From Ostreococcus lucimarinus (taxonomy: Eukaryota): a stretch of DNA of 64,000 bases. Below the pieces are notes generated by a model, which saw nothing but the letters and a program-made list of their open reading frames with translations, did not search any database and had not been told where the DNA came from. The stretch is taken from the NCBI GenBank assembly GCA_000092065.1, contig CP000589.1. One strand, 5' to 3'. Shown here piece after piece: positions 30,334 to 41,685 of this stretch. The stretch's first letter is position 1. Every line of letters begins with the position of its first letter. The position numbers and the translations under genes were made by a program.

Positions 30334-32147
30334 TTACATTCGATCAACATAGAAATCATTTTCTTCGTCATACGCGATGACGTTATCAGCAACGCGCGCG
30401 GGATCAACAATCATGGGCCCGCGAGTCATTCCTCGCGCGGTCGCGGACGATCCGGCGTAATCGGCCACGCTGAGTGCCACGCGTTGCAAAATATCCCATT
30501 GCCACGACGACGCATTAGCGCCCGCACCACCAAATAATGTCGCCGCCGGCGACGGTTGCTTAAGCTGGACGCTAAAAATTTCGGCGCCAGCGCTGAGGAG
30601 GTCGAGAAGGACATCGTCAGACGTTTTGAGTTTGTCCACCAAATTTCTCGACAGCGCATCTTTGCCAAACCACGTCTCGCCCGTCGCGACGTTGTCAATG
30701 TCCAAAGTCGGTCTATTTTCGGCGACAAAACCCTTGAAGAGCACCAAAACGTCTTCGATGTCCTTCTTTGACTTTTCCAAGTCTTCCTCGGTGACCTTCT
30801 TCGTGGGCGTCAAGGTTCGCTTGAACTTGCCAGCGGTGACAGTTTGAAATTCGATACCTTCCCGTTGAAGCCGCTCGTAGACATTAGGTTGCTCGCTAAT
30901 GACACCGATAGAACCGAGAACCGCGAACGGAGACGCAACGATTTCGTCGGCCACGCAAGCCATCATGTACCCACCAGAGGCGGCGACTTGCTCGACACAG
31001 ATGGTCAGCTTGAGACCGGCGTCTTTGATTCGCATCAGCTGCGCAGCGGCAAGCCCGTAGCCAGTGACCGTACCGCCACCCGTATTCAACCGCAAAACAA
31101 CTTCATCACCTCGTTCCTTTTTCGCCGAACGTAACAAACCAGTGACTTCTTCACGGAGCTGTTCCGCTTGAGATGCGCGCACGTCGCCAAAAAAGTTCAA
31201 CACAAAGACATGCTTCTTCTTTATCTTCGAGTTTTGGTCCGTTTCCGGGTTCAAAGCGAGCACGTCCGCGTTCATTTGCCAACCAGCAATTTCGCGTGGG
31301 TCAGACAGCAATTTCATGAGACTCTCGCGGCGAGCTTTCGGCAACGCCGCGCCGACGGTTTGCAAGTACGCGTCTTCAGCGGCGGCGCGGTCGGCGGTCA
31401 ATTTGCTGAGCTTCTTGGTCAAACCCGCGAGCTTATCGCCACCAAACGGATTCTTGAATCCACTACTTTTCGTTTCACCGTCCGGCTCGGACTTCTCGGA
31501 ATCTTCGCTCTCGGTGTCGCTCTTTGCGCGCTTTCCGCCAGATTCCAACGACGTCGCCCGCATTTGAGCCAAAAGCTCGTTCATCTGGTCCATCAAACGC
31601 TTGTCCGTCATCGTCCACTTCTTGTTCGCTTCGAGAATGGCATTGCACTCGTCTTCGCTGAGCGATCCGAGGGCGGCGCCGAACTTTTTGCTGAATTCCA
31701 TATTCTTGCGGCGTCGTTCGGCTTGCATTTCGCTCACCGTCGCCGCTTCAAACGACAGCGAATATCCGTCGAGTTTATCATTCATGCGCTTGATCTCCAA
31801 GTAAGGCTCCGTGCGCGGTTTCGCACCCGCGCCCCCTTTGATGAAACCGAAAGGTCCGCTACCCTTCTCGCGGTCCCGTCTCCCTCCGCGTCTCGAAGAA
31901 GCAATCAGAAAAAACGCGCCCGCCGCGACCGTCGCGCTCGGCACCCCCCACGAGATGAGCGTCTTCAGCGTGTACAATCCCAACTCCTTCGCCTCGGGCG
32001 TGCTCAACGCGTTCGGAATCCACGCGAACAACCCCGCGACGAACGCCGTCGCGCCGTGCGCGTCCGCCGCCGCCAGCGCCGGTTCCGCCGCCGCCGCGCT
32101 CAGGAACATCGCCGCGCTCAGGAACATCGCCTTCGACACCGCTCGCG

Positions 32148-32184
<37 letters not shown>

Positions 32185-32469
32185 TGTCGCGACTTCGCCC
32201 TTTTTCGCCCCGATCGCGTCGACGACGACCGCCCGCCGCGTCGTCGCTCGTCCCGTCGTCGTCGTCGTCGTCTTCATCTTCATCTTCATCTTCATCGTCT
32301 TCGTCATCGCGCGCGTCGTCGTCGCGCGTCGTCGCGCGAGCGCGCCCGCGAGCGCCGTCGAGTTCCGCGTCGTCATCGCCGTCGTCGTCGTCATCGCGCG
32401 CGTCTTCGCCCCGACGCGATGTGGCGTCGAGCGCGTCTCGTCGATGCGCGTGACGTCGCGCCCACACAC
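30334..32469 (-). CDS. Peptidase S49 family (SppA/SohB-like signal-peptide peptidase) with long low-complexity N-terminal region
   Basis: C-terminal 300 aa: LRLNTGGGTVTGYGLAAAQLMRIK, ICVEQVAASGGYMMACVADEIVASPFAVLGSIGV, TAGKFKR. N-terminal region is poly-Thr/Asp-rich with TM-like stretches. The true start may be downstream of 32469. Confidence 0.65.
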
Positions 32470-32569
32470 CCGGGTGTGTGAATCCGGCGCGAATCTGGAC
32501 GCGCCCGGTCGTCGCCAGATCGCCGCGGCGCGTCGACGCGCGCGCGCCGTCGCGGCCGCGGTCCGCGCG

Positions 32570-33679
32570 ATGACGACGTCGGTGACGTCGGCGACGCGAT
32601 GCGCGCGCGCGGGCGACGCGATGCGCGCGCGAAGATCGCACCGCGCCGGAACGTCGTCCCGGTCGTCGACGCCGACGCGACGCGTCGTCGCGGCGCGGCG
32701 CGGGCGTCGACCGGCGCTCGCGTCCGACGACGCGACGACGACGACGGCGGGGACGGGGACGGGGACGGGGACGACGCGCGCGGCGACGACGGCGCCGCTG
32801 GCGCACGAGCTGGTGCAGGGCGCGCTGGTGCGTTGGAGCGTGGAAAAACCGGACGGACCGCACCCGCCGACGTGCGTGCTGGTGCACGGAATCCTGGGCT
32901 CGCGAAGAAACTTGCAATCGCTCGCGAAGCGCCTGGCTGAAAAGTTTCCGTCGTGGCAGTTTTTGTTGGTGGATTTGAGAAATCACGGGGAGTCGAACAC
33001 GGCGCTGGAGAAGAAACCAGAGGGCGCGAACACGGTGCAAAACGCGGCGAGAGACGTGCTGGGGGTGTTGAATCATTTAAAGATATATCCGTACACGCTG
33101 ATCGGGCACTCGTTCGGGGGGAAGGTGGCGATGTCGATGGTGCACCAGTTTGGACGCGCGTTGCCGCGGCCGGTGCAGGTGTGGGTGCTGGACACGGTGC
33201 CGGGAGACGTGTGGTGCGATGACGTCGGAGATCACCCGAGAGATACGATTCGGTTCTGTACCACGCTCGATAGACCGATCGAAAGTCGCAGATCGCTCGT
33301 GGAGTCGCTCACGGGGGCTGGATTCACCGTGGAAGGCGCGCAGTGGATGACGACGAATTTACGAGCGGATGGGAACGGGAAATTCGATTGGACGTTTGAT
33401 TTGGATGGCATCGCGGAGATGTACGCGTCGTACGAAGCGTGCGATTTGTGGCCGATGGTTGAGACGCAACCCGCGGGATTGAGCTTAGATTTCGTACAAG
33501 CAGAACGGTCGGCGTTCGTGTGGACGCCCGAGGACGTGGCGCGCATTCGCGGCACCGGCGCCAACGTGCACTTGCTGCGCAACTCCGCGCACTGGGTGCA
33601 CATCGATAACCCGAACGGGTTGCTAGACATTCTGGCCCCTTCTTTCGAGAACATGGAGCGCAACTCGAAGGCGCGATGA
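32570..33679 (+). CDS. Alpha/beta-hydrolase fold protein (ABHD11-like) with N-terminal presequence
   Basis: Oxyanion-hole motif HGILGS, nucleophile elbow GHSFGG, and C-terminal NSAHWVHID (catalytic His). Start chosen at the ATG at 32570, after the divergent S49 peptidase gene. Confidence 0.6.
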   Translation: MTTSVTSATRCARAGDAMRARRSHRAGTSSRSSTPTRRVVAARRGRRPALASDDATTTTAGTGTGTGTTRAATTAPLAHELVQGALVRWSVEKPDGPHPPTCVLVHGILGSRRNLQSLAKRLAEKFPSWQFLLVDLRNHGESNTALEKKPEGANTVQNAARDVLGVLNHLKIYPYTLIGHSFGGKVAMSMVHQFGRALPRPVQVWVLDTVPGDVWCDDVGDHPRDTIRFCTTLDRPIESRRSLVESLTGAGFTVEGAQWMTTNLRADGNGKFDWTFDLDGIAEMYASYEACDLWPMVETQPAGLSLDFVQAERSAFVWTPEDVARIRGTGANVHLLRNSAHWVHIDNPNGLLDILAPSFENMERNSKAR

Positions 33680-33771
33680 GGAAATTGTAATATATATTTT
33701 GCGCGCCGCTCGCCGCGCCGACGCCCGCTTTCATAACAACGATTCCATAAGCTCCCGATGGCTCTATTACG

Positions 33772-34281
33772 TTAACCTCCCATGCGAATGCCGTGTTGAG
33801 ACGAATCTTTCAGGTCCAGATCACCCGTATCGCTCACCAACGGTTCTCCCGCGCCTTCGCACTCGATGCTCTCGCCGTCAAACGTCACCGCGCACGCCTC
33901 GTCGAGATCCGCGACGTTGACCACGACGTACGTGCCGCTTTCGATGCCTTCGCACACGAGTTCACCCTCTCCCGTGAGTTCGCACCGCACCTCGCATCCG
34001 CGCTGTCGCTCGCTGTCGCACCTCGGCGCGTTCCCTTTCCCGTCGTTTCGCGCGCCCGCCCACCACGCCGATACCTGGTACGTCCCGCTCGGAATGTCCC
34101 CCTCCGCCACCATCACGCCGTCCTCGCGCACGACGCAGTTGTACCCCTCATCGAGCGATGATTTCGACACCCCACCGCTCGCCGCTCGCGCGCGCGTCGC
34201 CCCCCCCCCCCGTCGCGCGCGTCGTCCCATTCGCGTCGTCGCCCTCGTCGTCCCCGTCGTCGTCCGCGTCGCCGTCTTCAT
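33772..34281 (-). CDS. Hypothetical small acidic Cys-containing protein
   Basis: ORF only. Moderately complex sequence (GTYQVSAWWAGARNDGKGNAPRCDSERQRGCEVRCELTGEGELVCEGIESGTYVVVNVADLDEACAVTFDGESIECEGAG) with no family recognised. Confidence 0.25.
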   Translation of the reverse strand: MKTATRTTTGTTRATTRMGRRARRGGGATRARAASGGVSKSSLDEGYNCVVREDGVMVAEGDIPSGTYQVSAWWAGARNDGKGNAPRCDSERQRGCEVRCELTGEGELVCEGIESGTYVVVNVADLDEACAVTFDGESIECEGAGEPLVSDTGDLDLKDSSQHGIRMGG

Positions 34282-34467
34282 CGCGCGCGACGCGCCGGTC
34301 CACCGTCGTTTCGCGCGTTCGCGTCCTCCGAAAAGCGCCTCGACGCGCGCGCGTTCGTCGCGTCGGTCGCGTCGCCGAGTCCCGCGCCGCGCCGCTCGAC
34401 GCGTCGCGCGATCGGCATCCGCGTCGAGCGATCCGACGCGGATCGCGCGACGCGCGAACGAATCGGG

Positions 34468-34488
34468 CTTAGGGTTTAGGGTTTAGGC
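34468..34488. promoter_or_regulatory. Interstitial plant-type telomere repeat (TTTAGGG)x3, telo-box-like element in the RABL3 upstream region
   Basis: cttagggtttagggtttagg read directly. It lies about 90 nt upstream of the RABL3 ATG at 34579. Confidence 0.5.
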
Positions 34489-34578
34489 GACATCGTTCGC
34501 GTTCGTCGTTCGTCGTCGTCGTCGTCGTCGTCGGCCCGGCACCGCGCGACGTCGGGACGTCGGGACGTCGGGCGCGGT

Positions 34579-35502
34579 ATGAGCGACCGCGCGCGCGCGC
34601 GCGCGGCGTCGGTGACGCGGACGAACGCGACGGAGACGACGACGCATCGCAAGGTGCGCGTGCTCGTGATCGGCGACTCGGGGGCTGGGAAGACGACGCT
34701 GACGCGCGCGCTGGTCGGCGGCGGACGACGCGGGAGGGAAGAGCACGGACGAACGAGCGGGTGCAGCGCGGAGGTGATGCGAGCGAGCGAAGAGGGCGCG
34801 GAGGGGACGACGGGGACGCGCGACGCGGCGACGTACTTCGTCGAACTGTGGGACGTGGGGGGACATCGACAGTATAAACGAGAGCGAGGGATATTCTACG
34901 ATCAGATAAACGGGGTGATAATCGTGCACGATGCGTCGATGCGAGCGAGCGGGGCGCGGTGCGAGGCGTGGGCGCGAGAGGTGGCGACGAGAGGGACGTT
35001 TTCGGCGCCGACGCCGACGGCGGAGAGTTTCGCGAGCGGCGAACAGCCGTGCGTGATGTACGGTTTCGGCGGTTTACCGGTGCCGTGCTTGATCGTGGCG
35101 AATAAGGTAGATTTAGAAAGCGCCGCAAACGATGGGTTCGGTCGAGGAGATGGACTTTTACGGCGTGCGCTAGACTTTTTTGGCGATAAAAGCCGGCGCC
35201 GGCGGTCGATTCTTCCGGAAACCATCGGCGAAGCCGCGCGCGCGAGCGCGTCGGCGGCGCACAGACGCCAACCCTCGTTCGGGGCGACCGCGCTCGCGAA
35301 ACTTCCACCGGGTGGCGGTTTGCGCACGTCCGCGACGCTCGGTCGTATAGACGTGGACGTCATGCATGGGTTCTTTCGCGAGCTCGTCCGCCGTCGATAC
35401 GACGCCGCCGTGATCGACGCCGGCGCTTCGCGCACGTCCGAGCGGCTTTTACACGCCAAGCCCGCCGCGCTCGTGGATGATGATCTCGACGACTTAACCT
35501 AG
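34579..35502 (+). CDS. RABL3: Rab-like small GTPase, RABL3-type
   Basis: G1 VLVIGDSGAGKTT, G3 ELWDVGG, G4 IVANKVDL. The insertions and FF..K..RR.. C-terminal region resemble human RABL3 recalled from memory. Confidence 0.65.
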   Translation: MSDRARARAASVTRTNATETTTHRKVRVLVIGDSGAGKTTLTRALVGGGRRGREEHGRTSGCSAEVMRASEEGAEGTTGTRDAATYFVELWDVGGHRQYKRERGIFYDQINGVIIVHDASMRASGARCEAWAREVATRGTFSAPTPTAESFASGEQPCVMYGFGGLPVPCLIVANKVDLESAANDGFGRGDGLLRRALDFFGDKSRRRRSILPETIGEAARASASAAHRRQPSFGATALAKLPPGGGLRTSATLGRIDVDVMHGFFRELVRRRYDAAVIDAGASRTSERLLHAKPAALVDDDLDDLT

Positions 35503-35631
35503 CCCTCGCCGCCCGGCGTACCTTAGCAAATTAGCCGTGCCATAAGCACTAAGCACTCTTTGACGCGCGCGCGCTCGCCCTCGCGACGCGGATAAAGATG
35601 ACTTGGACGCCATTCATCGACGCGTCGGACC

Positions 35632-36639
35632 ATGTCATCGCGCGCCGCCACGCAGTTGACGGCAACGTCACGCGCATCGTCAGCGTCCTCGCGCAGCGGC
35701 AGACGCTCGCTCGCGCGCGCGTCGGCGTCGCGTCGCGTCGCCGCATCGTCGTCGACGTCGACCGCGACCGACGGCGTCGGTTTCAGCGCCGCTGGTTTCT
35801 TCTTTCCGTACCACGTCGGCGTGTGGGAGGAGCTCGTGGCTCTAAAAGTCATGCGCAGCGACGAGACGCCGTGCGCGGGCGCATCCGCGGGATCGCTCGT
35901 CGCCGCGATGCACTGCTGCGGCTTAACGCCGGCGGATGGGAAAAGAATTTTAATGGACGTCCTGGCGGATTGTCGAGCGAACGGGGTCGTCGGACGCGTC
36001 GGTGCGGTGCTAGAAAATGCGCTGAGGAAAGAACTTCCGAGCGATGCGCACGAGCGGTGCTCGCGTGGGAATTTATTCATCAGCGTATCGTCGCCGATGA
36101 TGCGCGATGGGAAATTTGCGTTGGACGGCGAACTCGTGTCAGCCTTCGAGAGTTTCGACGATTTGGTCGGGGCGCTCCTGGCGTCGTGTCATATTCCGTT
36201 GTATTGTGGGTGGCCGGCGCGAAGGTACCGAGGTAAGTGGTGCGTGGATGGGGGATGGCATAATTTAACGCCGACGCCTCCGGGCTCCGAGCGAAGCGTT
36301 CGCGTGTGTGCTTTTCCGCTTCTCGACGCGTGGCGCAAAGCTGAACCTGGAGATGGCAAAGAGTCTGGTGATGTCTTCGCGCAACAGGCTTCATTCTGGG
36401 CGGGATGGGGCGATGATGACGCGCGAAACTTGCTCGTGGCCCCGGACGCCGCAGGCGGGAAGCCAGAGTGGGATTACTCGGAGGCGATTCGCTTTGCTCT
36501 ACTGCCGGGTTCGAATGACGTCTTGGAGGAGATGATCGTCATGGGTCGCATGGACGCCAGGCGTTGGGCGAAGAGCGTCGGGTTCGATGTCAAACTAGCG
36601 ATGAGAGGTGCGGTAGGCGAGTCTAAAATCACTATGTAA
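35632..36639 (+). CDS. Patatin-like phospholipase domain protein
   Basis: Oxyanion/Gly-rich loop (FSAAGFFFPYHVGV), lipase serine in a G-x-S-x-G motif (GASAGS) and catalytic DGG (CVDGGWHN). N-terminal Ser/Ala/Arg presequence. Confidence 0.6.
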   Translation: MSSRAATQLTATSRASSASSRSGRRSLARASASRRVAASSSTSTATDGVGFSAAGFFFPYHVGVWEELVALKVMRSDETPCAGASAGSLVAAMHCCGLTPADGKRILMDVLADCRANGVVGRVGAVLENALRKELPSDAHERCSRGNLFISVSSPMMRDGKFALDGELVSAFESFDDLVGALLASCHIPLYCGWPARRYRGKWCVDGGWHNLTPTPPGSERSVRVCAFPLLDAWRKAEPGDGKESGDVFAQQASFWAGWGDDDARNLLVAPDAAGGKPEWDYSEAIRFALLPGSNDVLEEMIVMGRMDARRWAKSVGFDVKLAMRGAVGESKITM

Positions 36640-36651
36640 TACTAAGTAGTG

Positions 36652-39600
36652 CTAGTGCGTTGAATCGACGATTTGCGACCAAAGCGCAAGCGTCACGTCG
36701 TCGCGTAATTCTAATAATGTATCCGTCGCTACTTTCGAATACTTACCGTTCAAATTTCTGAGCAGACACGACACCAGTGTTTCCATCATGCCGGATAACT
36801 CGCCTCGCAGGAGATGCGACAAAGTATATGGAAGTGCGAGAATGCACTGCTCTATGGATGTCATCGACAGGAGCGCCGACGTCGGTCCCCACGCTGCGGC
36901 AAGTATAGCGATGCATGGGATCGCATCGACATCGGTGAGATTGGCGGCTTCGTGTATCATTTGTGCTCGAAGTGAGTTTGATGATGTGGTGAGATGACCT
37001 ACCATCGCTCTCAAAGTGACCGTCCTCGTCGCCTTTGGCCAAGTCGCCAGTGATGTGAGCGTTTCAGACGCAACTTGTCCAGCATTGTATAAGCGAGCGC
37101 AGACGATGGGTTTGACGTCGAGCGCGAGCTTCTTCACGACTTGTTCTCGTAATACCGATGAAGTAAATTGACTAACGCACGTGGAGACTGCATCAAGCGT
37201 TCGTGTATCCGTCAAACTTAAACGAGACACGAGTTCGCAAACTGCCGCTGTAGCTGTTTCGCTTTCAGAGACATCAATCAAACCATTCCAAAGCGACTCC
37301 ACGCAACCGTCGGACGCGTGCGGTGAAAACGCCATTTGAGTGAATCGTTTTATCGCACTAGCACCGGTCTCAGACCGTAAAGCGCACGCGTATGGAGCGC
37401 TCAACATCGCCAAGCGCTGTGTCTCCGGCGCCAGATTGAAGAAGTCTGCATCAGAGAGTGCTACGAGCAATTCCAAGACGTCTCGACCTATTGAAGCTTC
37501 CGGGTGCGCACGACACATTCGAAGGCAAGCACACTGAAGCGCATTCTTTTCAACTTTATCCGCATCGCCACTGGAAGTCGCGACTCGCCACCAACGATGC
37601 AAGGCATTTGACCAGCCAGCATTCGGTAAGCGAGCGAGCTCTCGCAGTACATCCAACGCCAACGTCGCGCCGTTCAGTTGCTCTCGGGACGGACAACTCA
37701 CGACATTATCCAAAAGTGCATGCATAATAAATCCAATGATGGTGTCTTTTGGAACAGACGACTTCGAATCAGTTGATCTCGGGCCAATCGTAACGGCAAT
37801 TTGTGCCGCTCTGTCTGACACCCCAGCGAGCGTCCAAATGGTTAAATCTCGCAACGCTTTCGAAACAATATCGCCTGGCGCGTACGCGATACTTTCTAGC
37901 GTCTTCAGAACACGTTTTGCCTCGATCTTTGATTTATCACCGCCCCAGAGCAACGGCGCTGAAAATACCGCACCTTCATCGAATGTTCCGGCGACGCTCA
38001 CATCGTGGCCGTCCCAAGCGCTGCCCAACACCCCAGACAGGGACAGGACACCAATCGAACGGTCGAACGATGTCGCCATGTCGTCTCGGACCGTTGACGT
38101 GACTCTCGCAATAATTTCCTGAACGGTTTGTATCGGAATCGCGCAGCCATGGTCGAGCGTTACACCAAGAATGATGCCGGCGACGGCGCGAATAGCGGGC
38201 TGTTCCGAATCATGCGTCGTCCTTAGCGCCTTCAACGCGAGGACCTCACTCTCGGTATTGTGCCTATGATTGAGTAATGACTTCACGGCAACTGGTAGAG
38301 CAATACTTCCAGGAAATCTTCCGCACGACGTTGCGCCGATGAGCCAGTTTATGATCGCTAAGGTGTTTGTCATGGCTTTGTCATCTTCGAAGACATCCAA
38401 AGCGCACGCTGCCCTCGACAATCCAGTGTAAACTCCACAGACTGCATCGGACAAGTCCCCTTTCGGAGGTGAAATAATGTCATTCGCTGGCTGAACTTTC
38501 AAGACATCTATAAACGGTTCACCGAGCGCGACCAAGGTAGCGCCCAGGAAGCTGTAAATTCTCCTGACGAGATCCAATCGCCATGACGAAGACGAGCCGC
38601 CGGGCAAAACGTTCGACGACAACTCGCGGCACATTAAACCAAGAGCTTCCGCGGTAACACCCATCGTCAATGCGCCATCGATACGGCAATCGCTGATTTG
38701 CTTCATCATAATTTCAGCAACCTTGTTCGGGCGCTGTGCGTCACCTCTATCCTCGAGAGTACCCGCAGCGAGACCGAGGGCGACGTACAACCCACGCTCG
38801 GCGCCCACGATGGATGACTTTTCCTCCAACAGTGAGAGCAATAAATCCACCAATGCTGCACCGAGTCCACCGTTTCCAACCAAAACTGGTGTCGCGAGAA
38901 GTAAAGCTATATTTTGTAATTCATCAGGCATGGAAACATCTTGGAGTGCTTCCATGGCCGTGGCGTTAATGCTCGCTCGAACTTCGGCGTACAGCTCATC
39001 CAATCCGTTCTCGGCGGTTCTCGCCGAAACTTCGGCGTCGAACCAGCGACGAGCAAAACGAGTCCACGCGCGCGTGACGAGATTGACGTGCCATGAACCA
39101 CTCCAAAACACTTGCCTTATCGCGCGCTTAAACTCAGTTCGATACGCCTCCGCACGACTTCGCCTCTGGGAATTCTCATCGACTGAACGCGTCGCTTCCG
39201 ATTTCCCCTTGTGCGGGCGGAACAAAAGTAAGCGAGCGCACGAACACAGCTGACTGTCAAGCAACTTTTTCGGAAGTGTTTGCGTTACTCGATATATGAG
39301 CGGATCCGACGGAGGTGGATGCGAGACTTGTTGAGACTCTCGAGCCACTAAGGCAGTGCGAGATAACAAGCTCGCCTCGTGTTTCGTCATCGTCCGAAGC
39401 ATTCGCGTGGCGCCGACGAACGATTCTTCTCCAAAACTTTCAGACAGCGCGCTCGCCGCAATTTCTGCCGGAGTCGGCGAATCATTTTCAATTATGAACT
39501 CTGGATCGTATTCACTCAACGAATTCCAGGCTTCGTGACGAACACGAGCGTCCTTGGACGTTTTGATTGCATTCCATACTGTGTCAATGAGCGTCGCCGT

Positions 39601-41544
39601 CGCTTCGGGGAACGAAGCGCCGTCGCGACCACCGTGTCGAATCAGTCTGATCCATTTTCGTGCCACAAGTGGGTGCTGCGGAAGGCTAGGTATATGTCTA
39701 GTAACTACCTTGAACGCGGGTAAAAAGTCAAGCGCGTCGTGCGCGCACATGCTGTCAATCGCTTCGAGGGCGAGCGCTTGCGCCTCGGGCCAATCTGATT
39801 TCAAACAGCCTTGCATGGGTATCACCAACTCCGCCGCTCGAAAGGGATGGGCTTTTGCTGCAGCTGCGACTGCGGCGGCGCACCCAACCGTCACTTCGCG
39901 TTCGTGAGAATGCGATGCTTCTTCTAAAGCTCCTCGTAAACGAGGTCCAAGCTCACGATTGTGGATCCACATTTCAGCCAATAGTCGCAGCGCCAATGCG
40001 TGTAGACGAGCGTCGGGTGACTTTTCCCCAGGATTTGTGCTCATGAGCGGAGATATCGCGCGCAACACGGCCGGCGCAGCCATAAAATTAGAAGCACCAG
40101 CGGCTAATGCGTTCAAAGACGCGAGCGTGGACTTCGCGTGACGTGCGTTGGACGATTTCTCGCAAGCCGCTCGCAGGTGCAAGAGCGTCGCCGTGATGTT
40201 CGACAAGCCTTGCGGCCGTTTGCCTCCGAGCTTTCTTCCGAGTGTTTCTGCTGCGCACTCACGAATCGAGGGAACCGGGTGAGACAAGCATGCGAGTTCA
40301 AGCGATGGAGACCTGACGTCGACGTCGTTTCGAATGCATGCGGCGAGCGTCTCCGTGGCGTCTCCGTCGTCCCAATTCGCCGCAAGTGCGGCGCTCACGA
40401 ACCCATCTCGAGTGGCGTATCCCATTAGTCTGCTATTTTCGACATTGCGTACCGAATCATCGTTTCGCAGCGTGGCGAGCGAGAGCGCCAAGCGCGCACC
40501 CGATTCTCCTGGAAGCATGAACGCTGCCGACGCGTGCATCGCGCCGAGCGCGCGCGCGGGGCCGCTCGTTGGAAAGTACGGCGCCAGAAGTGCCAGTAAA
40601 GCAGACGTCTCCTCAGCGCTATGTACAAGCGATAAACATGGTAACAACTCACCACATACACTTACGTCTCCAAGCTCGCTCAATCGCGTCAGCGCGCCGA
40701 CAAAGGGGACGACGCTGTCGCCGGAGCGCGCCGCCGCGCGCGTCTGTCGCACCAATCCCTCCGCCAGCAACGGTACAACTTCGCGCGCAGACGCGTCTTC
40801 GACGTCGAAGAGTCTACACTCGATGGCATCTATGATTTCCGCCGCCGCACACGCAATCCACGACCTTGACTCACTCGTGGGCGCTCGATACGCCCCGAGC
40901 GCCTCGACGCACACCCCTAAAACCGCGCGCGCGTTTTCCCCGCGCCCGCTCGCGATGCCCATCAATCGCGCGTGCAATAACATCGCGAACGAACTTCGCG
41001 GCGCCGGTGCGGGATGTTCCAACAGCGCGCGAAACACAAACTGCCGCAGGGCGTTGAAATCCGAAATCGACCCCCTCGCCAGCTTACTCGCCGTCGCCTC
41101 CAACAACCCGGCGCCCGCGTCCGAGTGCGCCTTCAGCGCGCGCACGAGCGGATGCCCACTCCCCCGCGCGCACTCCCCAGCCAACTCCCCATCCCCGAAC
41201 GCGCAACACAACTCCACCAGCGCTCGCGTCAACGCTCGAACGTTCGCCCTCGTCCTCGCGCTCGCCGCGCCGCTCGCGAGCTCCGTCGCCAACGCGCTCG
41301 CGCTCGCGTTCCCCGACCGCGCGATCGCCACGATCCCTCGCGCCAGCTCATCTTGCGCTCGCGCGTGCGTCGTCGCCTCGCACAGCGTCCGCACCGCGCG
41401 CGCGACGTCCTCCCGTCCCGTCGTCGTCGCCTCGGCGAGCTCCCGCGCGAGTCCTCTCGCCGCCACGCGCGCCGTCGCGCCGTCGTCGTCGTCGCCGTCG
41501 CCGTCCGCGCGCGCGACGTGCGCCAGCAGCGGCGACGGCGCCAT
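36652..41544 (-). CDS. Large (1630 aa) alpha-helical ARM/HEAT-like repeat protein of unknown function
   Basis: Uninterrupted 4.9 kb ORF with normal codon bias and helical Leu/Ala-rich repeat character throughout. No catalytic motif recognised. Confidence 0.5.
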   Translation of the reverse strand: MAPSPLLAHVARADGDGDDDDGATARVAARGLARELAEATTTGREDVARAVRTLCEATTHARAQDELARGIVAIARSGNASASALATELASGAASARTRANVRALTRALVELCCAFGDGELAGECARGSGHPLVRALKAHSDAGAGLLEATASKLARGSISDFNALRQFVFRALLEHPAPAPRSSFAMLLHARLMGIASGRGENARAVLGVCVEALGAYRAPTSESRSWIACAAAEIIDAIECRLFDVEDASAREVVPLLAEGLVRQTRAAARSGDSVVPFVGALTRLSELGDVSVCGELLPCLSLVHSAEETSALLALLAPYFPTSGPARALGAMHASAAFMLPGESGARLALSLATLRNDDSVRNVENSRLMGYATRDGFVSAALAANWDDGDATETLAACIRNDVDVRSPSLELACLSHPVPSIRECAAETLGRKLGGKRPQGLSNITATLLHLRAACEKSSNARHAKSTLASLNALAAGASNFMAAPAVLRAISPLMSTNPGEKSPDARLHALALRLLAEMWIHNRELGPRLRGALEEASHSHEREVTVGCAAAVAAAAKAHPFRAAELVIPMQGCLKSDWPEAQALALEAIDSMCAHDALDFLPAFKVVTRHIPSLPQHPLVARKWIRLIRHGGRDGASFPEATATLIDTVWNAIKTSKDARVRHEAWNSLSEYDPEFIIENDSPTPAEIAASALSESFGEESFVGATRMLRTMTKHEASLLSRTALVARESQQVSHPPPSDPLIYRVTQTLPKKLLDSQLCSCARLLLFRPHKGKSEATRSVDENSQRRSRAEAYRTEFKRAIRQVFWSGSWHVNLVTRAWTRFARRWFDAEVSARTAENGLDELYAEVRASINATAMEALQDVSMPDELQNIALLLATPVLVGNGGLGAALVDLLLSLLEEKSSIVGAERGLYVALGLAAGTLEDRGDAQRPNKVAEIMMKQISDCRIDGALTMGVTAEALGLMCRELSSNVLPGGSSSSWRLDLVRRIYSFLGATLVALGEPFIDVLKVQPANDIISPPKGDLSDAVCGVYTGLSRAACALDVFEDDKAMTNTLAIINWLIGATSCGRFPGSIALPVAVKSLLNHRHNTESEVLALKALRTTHDSEQPAIRAVAGIILGVTLDHGCAIPIQTVQEIIARVTSTVRDDMATSFDRSIGVLSLSGVLGSAWDGHDVSVAGTFDEGAVFSAPLLWGGDKSKIEAKRVLKTLESIAYAPGDIVSKALRDLTIWTLAGVSDRAAQIAVTIGPRSTDSKSSVPKDTIIGFIMHALLDNVVSCPSREQLNGATLALDVLRELARLPNAGWSNALHRWWRVATSSGDADKVEKNALQCACLRMCRAHPEASIGRDVLELLVALSDADFFNLAPETQRLAMLSAPYACALRSETGASAIKRFTQMAFSPHASDGCVESLWNGLIDVSESETATAAVCELVSRLSLTDTRTLDAVSTCVSQFTSSVLREQVVKKLALDVKPIVCARLYNAGQVASETLTSLATWPKATRTVTLRAMVGHLTTSSNSLRAQMIHEAANLTDVDAIPCIAILAAAWGPTSALLSMTSIEQCILALPYTLSHLLRGELSGMMETLVSCLLRNLNGKYSKVATDTLLELRDDVTLALWSQIVDSTH

Positions 41545-41685
41545 GCGCTCGATCGTCCCGCGGCGACCGCGTCGCGTCGCGTCGCGTCGCGAAATCGCGT
41601 CCCGTCGCGCGACAGCTCGCGCGGAGGATTTGAATCGACGGCGTCGAATCGACTCGCGCGCGCGTCGCGCACTCGCGCGCGCGGC

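Noticed and set aside
31168-33076. ORFs 31168..32481(+) (437 aa) and 31859..33076(-) (405 aa)
   Set aside because: They are antisense to the S49 peptidase gene and to the alpha/beta-hydrolase gene respectively. Poly-Arg/Asp composition produced by (CGT)n/(GAC)n repeats.
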